DNA of 20,000 nucleotides. It comes from an uncultured virus (IMG/VR IMGVR_UViG_3300007171_000042) (taxonomy: Duplodnaviria > Heunggongvirae > Uroviricota > Caudoviricetes). The position numbers were made by a program, and so were the translations under genes. Below, in pieces: positions 16,924-20,000 of the stretch. Under the pieces are notes generated by a model. The model was not told the DNA's origin and did not search any database. It saw only the letters and a program-made list of their open reading frames with translations. Location: the IMG/VR virus record IMGVR_UViG_3300007171_000042, positions 52,384 to 72,383 of that record, one strand, 5' to 3'. Positions within the stretch are counted from its first letter, which is position 1. Each line of letters opens with the position of its first letter.

Positions 16924-17102
16924 ACACTGACATTCAAGAAAGATTAAACCACTTGTATCAAGAGCTTAATGCTGCAGAAAACGATTTACATTGTTTTACT
17001 GCTCCTGCTATGGACTCTGGTGAAGAAAACTGGGTAAGAGATCAAGAACGTTATATTGAATCTCTTAAACAAGAAATTAACTCTTTAACTACTTCCTTAT
17101 GA
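16920..17102 (+). CDS. Hypothetical coiled-coil protein
   Basis: 60 aa, ATGA-coupled. Confidence 0.75.
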   Translation: MNTDIQERLNHLYQELNAAENDLHCFTAPAMDSGEENWVRDQERYIESLKQEINSLTTSL

Positions 17103-17248
17103 GAGATCAATTCTTAGAACATTGGTATGTAGCTAAATCTTATGGACTCTTAGCGGAGTTCTTGGATTTCTACAGGTATTTCAGAAAGCAAGGTGTAAGC
17201 CGAACTTTCTCTGCTTACTATGCCGCTAAAGAAATCGGTATAGACTAA
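17099..17248 (+). CDS. Small hypothetical protein, 49 aa (not in ORF track)
   Basis: MRDQFLEHWYVAKSYGLLAEFLDFYRYFRKQGVSRTFSAYYAAKEIGID, ATGA-coupled, followed by a terminator. Confidence 0.7.
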   Translation: MRDQFLEHWYVAKSYGLLAEFLDFYRYFRKQGVSRTFSAYYAAKEIGID

Positions 17249-17258
17249 CTAAACTAAC

Positions 17259-17280
17259 GGGGGATTAAGTTCCCCCTTTT
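17259..17280 (+). terminator. Intrinsic terminator
   Basis: GGGGGA-TTAAGT-TCCCCC-TTTT. Confidence 0.7.
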
Positions 17281-17285
17281 ACTTT

Positions 17286-17609
17286 ATGAAAAAACTTATA
17301 TTAGTCGCTTTATTATTTATTGCAAAAAGCTCTACAGCGCAATGCTTTCCTATTAGAGCCTTTTCAGAATTACCTGGATTCTTACCTTTATCTTATCAAG
17401 ACACTCTATTTATAGAAGACTTGATAGGCGAAGGTCAAGATCCATTACCTGAAGTACTAGATTGCTTTGTATTTAAATACTCTGAATGGAACTACCTTAT
17501 TACATATAAGCTAAAAGATTGTGAGAAGCTATATGTAATTAAAGATGGTTACATAGGACCTATCTACATCTACAAAGACAAGAAAGTACAAGTATTAAAA
17601 AACAATTAA
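17286..17609 (+). CDS. Secreted hypothetical protein
   Basis: Signal peptide MKKLILVALLFIAKSSTA followed by Q, the usual Bacteroidota signal-peptidase-I pattern. Confidence 0.7.
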   Translation: MKKLILVALLFIAKSSTAQCFPIRAFSELPGFLPLSYQDTLFIEDLIGEGQDPLPEVLDCFVFKYSEWNYLITYKLKDCEKLYVIKDGYIGPIYIYKDKKVQVLKNN

Positions 17610-17646
17610 ACCAAACTAAAAACAAAAAAAACTAAAAAACAAAATT

Positions 17647-18234
17647 ATGACTTACGAAGATTTCAAATCAACCAATTTGGCTTTTGCTAGCAAAGCTTTC
17701 CGCAATTCTGGTATCAAAGCTCCAATCACTGTTATGTTCGAGTGTTTCACTCCTGCTAACTTGTCTGTTCACCAACGTATGATTAGCCGTGGTCTTGGTG
17801 GTAACTTAACCAACCGTATGACTGCATTGCTTAACTACACAGAAGATAACTTCAACAAAGATTTTAGTCAATTTGGCTTAACTGCTGATGCTATTCAAGG
17901 TTCTTATGCTGATGCTACTGAAGTAAATGTAAGCACTTCTCAGTTGTATGGTGAAGACTTAATCCTTCGCAGAGTAGACACTACTGACGATGCAGTAGTT
18001 AAAAACCCTGATGGTAGCTTGAAGCCACAATGGTCCGTTAAAAGTGTTAATGGTCAGGAATTGACCTTTGAAGGTGCTTTGATTTACACTTCTGTGGAAT
18101 TTGCTGAACCAGGTATGGCTAATGCTACTATTAAGCAAGATCAAAACTTGTCTCGTAGCATTACTAGCATGACTGCTAATCCTATGGATGCAATCAAAGA
18201 AAACAAAGTTAAAGCTACCGAAGAGGTATTTTAA
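17647..18234 (+). CDS. Hypothetical protein, probably highly expressed
   Basis: 195 aa, long A-rich leader, biased codons (GCT, ACT, CGT, GGT). Confidence 0.8.
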   Translation: MTYEDFKSTNLAFASKAFRNSGIKAPITVMFECFTPANLSVHQRMISRGLGGNLTNRMTALLNYTEDNFNKDFSQFGLTADAIQGSYADATEVNVSTSQLYGEDLILRRVDTTDDAVVKNPDGSLKPQWSVKSVNGQELTFEGALIYTSVEFAEPGMANATIKQDQNLSRSITSMTANPMDAIKENKVKATEEVF

Positions 18235-18254
18235 TTAAAATACATTAAATTTGT

Positions 18255-18276
18255 AGGGAGTCGAAAGGCTCCCTTT
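18255..18276 (+). terminator. GAAA-tetraloop hairpin upstream of the tRNA (terminator or processing site)
   Basis: AGGGAGTC-GAAA-GGCTCCCT-TT. Confidence 0.55.
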
Positions 18277-18278
18277 AT

Positions 18279-18366
18279 GTCGAAATGGTGGAATAGGTAG
18301 ACACGCAGCACTTAAAATGCTGTAATCTGAAAGATTGTGCGAGTTCGACTCTCGCTTTCGGCACCA
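18279..18366 (+). tRNA. tRNA-Leu(UAA) with encoded CCA
   Basis: Acceptor GTCGAAA/TTTCGGC, anticodon arm CAGCA-CTTAAAA-TGCTG (TAA at 18313-18315), long variable arm AATCT-GAA-AGATT, T arm GCGAG-TTCGACT-CTCGC, discriminator A then CCA. Confidence 0.95.
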
Positions 18367-18385
18367 AAAAACCAACTAAAAAATT

Positions 18386-18652
18386 ATGGATAACGTACAA
18401 GATGTGCCAATGACACCAGCACTAGAACCAACAATGGAAAAAGTAGCTGAACTAAAAGAATGGAGACCTTCAAACAATGAAGCTCTTCGTGAGTTTGAAA
18501 TCAACATTAGATTTTTAAGCAGAGGATGTGTTGTAAGAGTGGGATGCAAAGAGATTGCATTTGAAGATCACACTAATGCAATGGCTGCTATTAACAATTA
18601 CGTTGCTAATCCTTGGGATGAACAACAAAAATGGCGTAAAATTTTAGACTAA
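18386..18652 (+). CDS. Hypothetical protein
   Basis: 88 aa, A-rich leader, TAATG-coupled to the RyR-domain gene. Confidence 0.75.
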   Translation: MDNVQDVPMTPALEPTMEKVAELKEWRPSNNEALREFEINIRFLSRGCVVRVGCKEIAFEDHTNAMAAINNYVANPWDEQQKWRKILD

Positions 18653-19050
18653 TGAGTGGAACAGTAGAATTTCAAGGCACTCAAGAGGAATGGGAAGCTT
18701 TAAAAAAAGAAAACAGGATTAAATGGATTGCTTGTGTTTGTCATCAAGCTAACAAAGCATGGTGTGAATCTGAGGGAGATGATTCTCAAAAAGATTGGGC
18801 ATTTGCAGAAGACTGGCAACGTGATTCAGCAATTAAAGGAGTTAAGTTCCGCTTAGAAAATCCTGATGCAGGACCAGATGCACAACACAATGCTTGGAGT
18901 GCAGATAAAATTGCTGATGGATGGGTCTATGGAGAAGTTAAAGACGCTGAGAAGAAGACTCACCCTTGCTTAGTTCCCTTTGATCAGTTACCTTTGTTTC
19001 AGCAAAAGAAAGACAAACTATTTAGTGCTATTGTAGATGCACTAAAGTAA
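18652..19050 (+). CDS. RyR-domain protein
   Basis: HNAW...K...GWVYG...KD...KTHPCLVPFDQL...KD is the RyR repeat (Pfam RyR) signature. Confidence 0.85.
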   Translation: MSGTVEFQGTQEEWEALKKENRIKWIACVCHQANKAWCESEGDDSQKDWAFAEDWQRDSAIKGVKFRLENPDAGPDAQHNAWSADKIADGWVYGEVKDAEKKTHPCLVPFDQLPLFQQKKDKLFSAIVDALK

Positions 19051-19058
19051 AGATCAAC

Positions 19059-19207
19059 CCTGTGGATAGAATCTGCAGGCCATGTACCATTAAGCATACC
19101 GTAAGATCTGCTAGAGATGGTCTTCGAGTTACTAGGAAAGCCTTAGGGTATAACTAGTAACAACCCCCAGTAAGCCTGCTTGATCAACAGAAACTGCTGG
19201 GGTTTTT
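19059..19207 (+). ncRNA. Four-element hairpin cluster ending in a terminator-like stem
   Basis: CCTGTGGAT/ATCTGCAGG, GGCCAT/ATGGTC, GTTACTAG/CTAGTAAC, CCCCAG/CTGGGG followed by TTTTT. Confidence 0.45.
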
Positions 19208-19209
19208 AT

Positions 19210-19368
19210 AGTCAGGTGGTGTAATGTTTATATATTGGTCAATCATAAGAACCCACTATATAACTTGGGCACACAATGTGATGCTGCTATCCGTAAGCAA
19301 AAACGGGGAAAGACCTTAGCAAGGTATGCTATAAACACATAGATACAGGTTTGAATCCTGTCCGACTA
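19210..19368 (+). ncRNA. tRNA-like RNA with expanded D and anticodon loops
   Basis: All four tRNA stems with canonical linker spacing: AGTCAGG, TG, GTGT/ACAC, A, ATGTG/CACAT, AGAT, ACAGG-TTTGAAT-CCTGT, CCGACT-A. Confidence 0.7.
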
Positions 19369-19369
19369 G

Positions 19370-19415
19370 AACAAGTAAATGGGGTAGTAGAAATATTACC
19401 CCAGTACTTGTTTTT
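19370..19415 (+). terminator. Long hairpin with T tract
   Basis: AACAAGTA..TGGGGTAGTA-GAAA-TATTACCCCA..TACTTGTT then TTT. Confidence 0.65.
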
Positions 19416-19437
19416 AAATTAAAAGTTCGTATATTTG
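19408..19437 (+). promoter_or_regulatory. Bacteroidota-type promoter for the HNH gene
   Basis: TTG-N19-TATATTTG, 7 nt before ATG 19445. Confidence 0.75.
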
Positions 19438-19444
19438 TGACTAC

Positions 19445-19861
19445 ATGGAAAGGTTCTTTAATAAAATAGAAAAAACAGATTCTTGCTGGATATGGAAAGC
19501 GGGGTTACGTGGTAAAACAGGATATGGTGTTTTTAAACTTAATGGAAAGACTATAGATGCACATAGACTATCCTATCAACTGCACAAAGGAGAAATACCT
19601 GAAAAAATGTATGTTTGTCATACTTGTGATAATCGAAAATGTGTTAATCCAGAACATTTATTCTTAGGTACTCCTAAAGACAATTGGCAAGACGGATTTG
19701 ATAAAAATAGAATAAAGTTATTAGGAGGAATAGATACTGAAAAATTAAAAAAACATCCAAGCATAAGTGCTTATAATAAAGGATGTAGATGTAGAGATTG
19801 TAAAGACTTAAAATTTGCAGCTCAAAGAAATTGGAGGGAGAAACAAAAACTCCTGTCCTGA
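19445..19861 (+). CDS. HNH homing endonuclease
   Basis: CWIW...GYG...AHRLSY...[20 protein letters not shown] motif plus C-terminal H-x4-Y-x2-GCRC-x2-C zinc-finger-like motif. Confidence 0.92.
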   Translation: MERFFNKIEKTDSCWIWKAGLRGKTGYGVFKLNGKTIDAHRLSYQLHKGEIPEKMYVCHTCDNRKCVNPEHLFLGTPKDNWQDGFDKNRIKLLGGIDTEKLKKHPSISAYNKGCRCRDCKDLKFAAQRNWREKQKLLS

Positions 19862-19867
19862 CTACAA

Positions 19868-20000
19868 TGAGTAAGAGATACTCAGAGTCTTTGACCTAAG
19901 ACTCATTTAAAAATAGGTTGGCAGAAAGTCTACGGCCAGAGTGGGACTTCGTGGGATAAAGGAGAGTGACACATCTCCTCCCAGTAGTGTTGACTGTTTT
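19868..20000 (+). ncRNA. Structured RNA candidate, possibly continuing past the window
   Basis: Two hairpins then a three-way junction (see findings). Confidence 0.45.

Larger units (their letters stand above)
19356..19864 (+). mobile_element. Free-standing HNH cassette flanked by a direct repeat of the tRNA-like 3' end
   Basis: TCCTGTCC-GACTA (19356-19368) and TCCTGTCCTGACTA (19851-19864) enclose a hairpin, a promoter and the HNH ORF. Confidence 0.65.

Noticed and set aside
17959..18144. Minus-strand 61-aa ORF
   Set aside because: Antisense to the well-supported 195-aa gene.
1..20000. Stop-codon reassignment as seen in some crAss-like phages
   Set aside because: Long genes are intact in the standard code, TGA is used as a stop in ATGA overlaps, and the tRNA anticodon is UAA (Leu), not a suppressor.
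19051..20000. Group I intron surrounding the HNH gene
   Set aside because: No recognisable P7 or conserved core, no interrupted host CDS, and the HNH gene has its own promoter and flanking direct repeat.

Overview
Segment of a tailed-phage genome, most likely crAss-like (Crassvirales) and infecting a Bacteroidota host. This rests on the portal/terminase/IHF-like gene order and on repeated TAnnTTTG promoters. The left ~12.9 kb is mostly minus strand: portal (runs off the left edge, absent from the ORF track), terminase large subunit, small conserved genes, a lysis cassette with a YkuD-type Cys peptidase, and a tail fibre. The right ~7 kb is plus strand: an ATE1/Bpt-like aminoacyl-tRNA-protein transferase, a homopolymer-rich possible genome-end region, many small early-type ORFs, tRNA-Leu(UAA), a RyR-domain protein and an HNH endonuclease. 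The strongest signals are non-coding. They are a ~380-nt pseudoknotted RNA candidate (6551-6930), a pistol-ribozyme-like element (14718-14781), several dense hairpin arrays, and a tRNA-shaped RNA with greatly expanded D and anticodon loops (19210-19368) whose 3' end is duplicated around the HNH gene. All calls were made by eye; no searches or folding programs were run.
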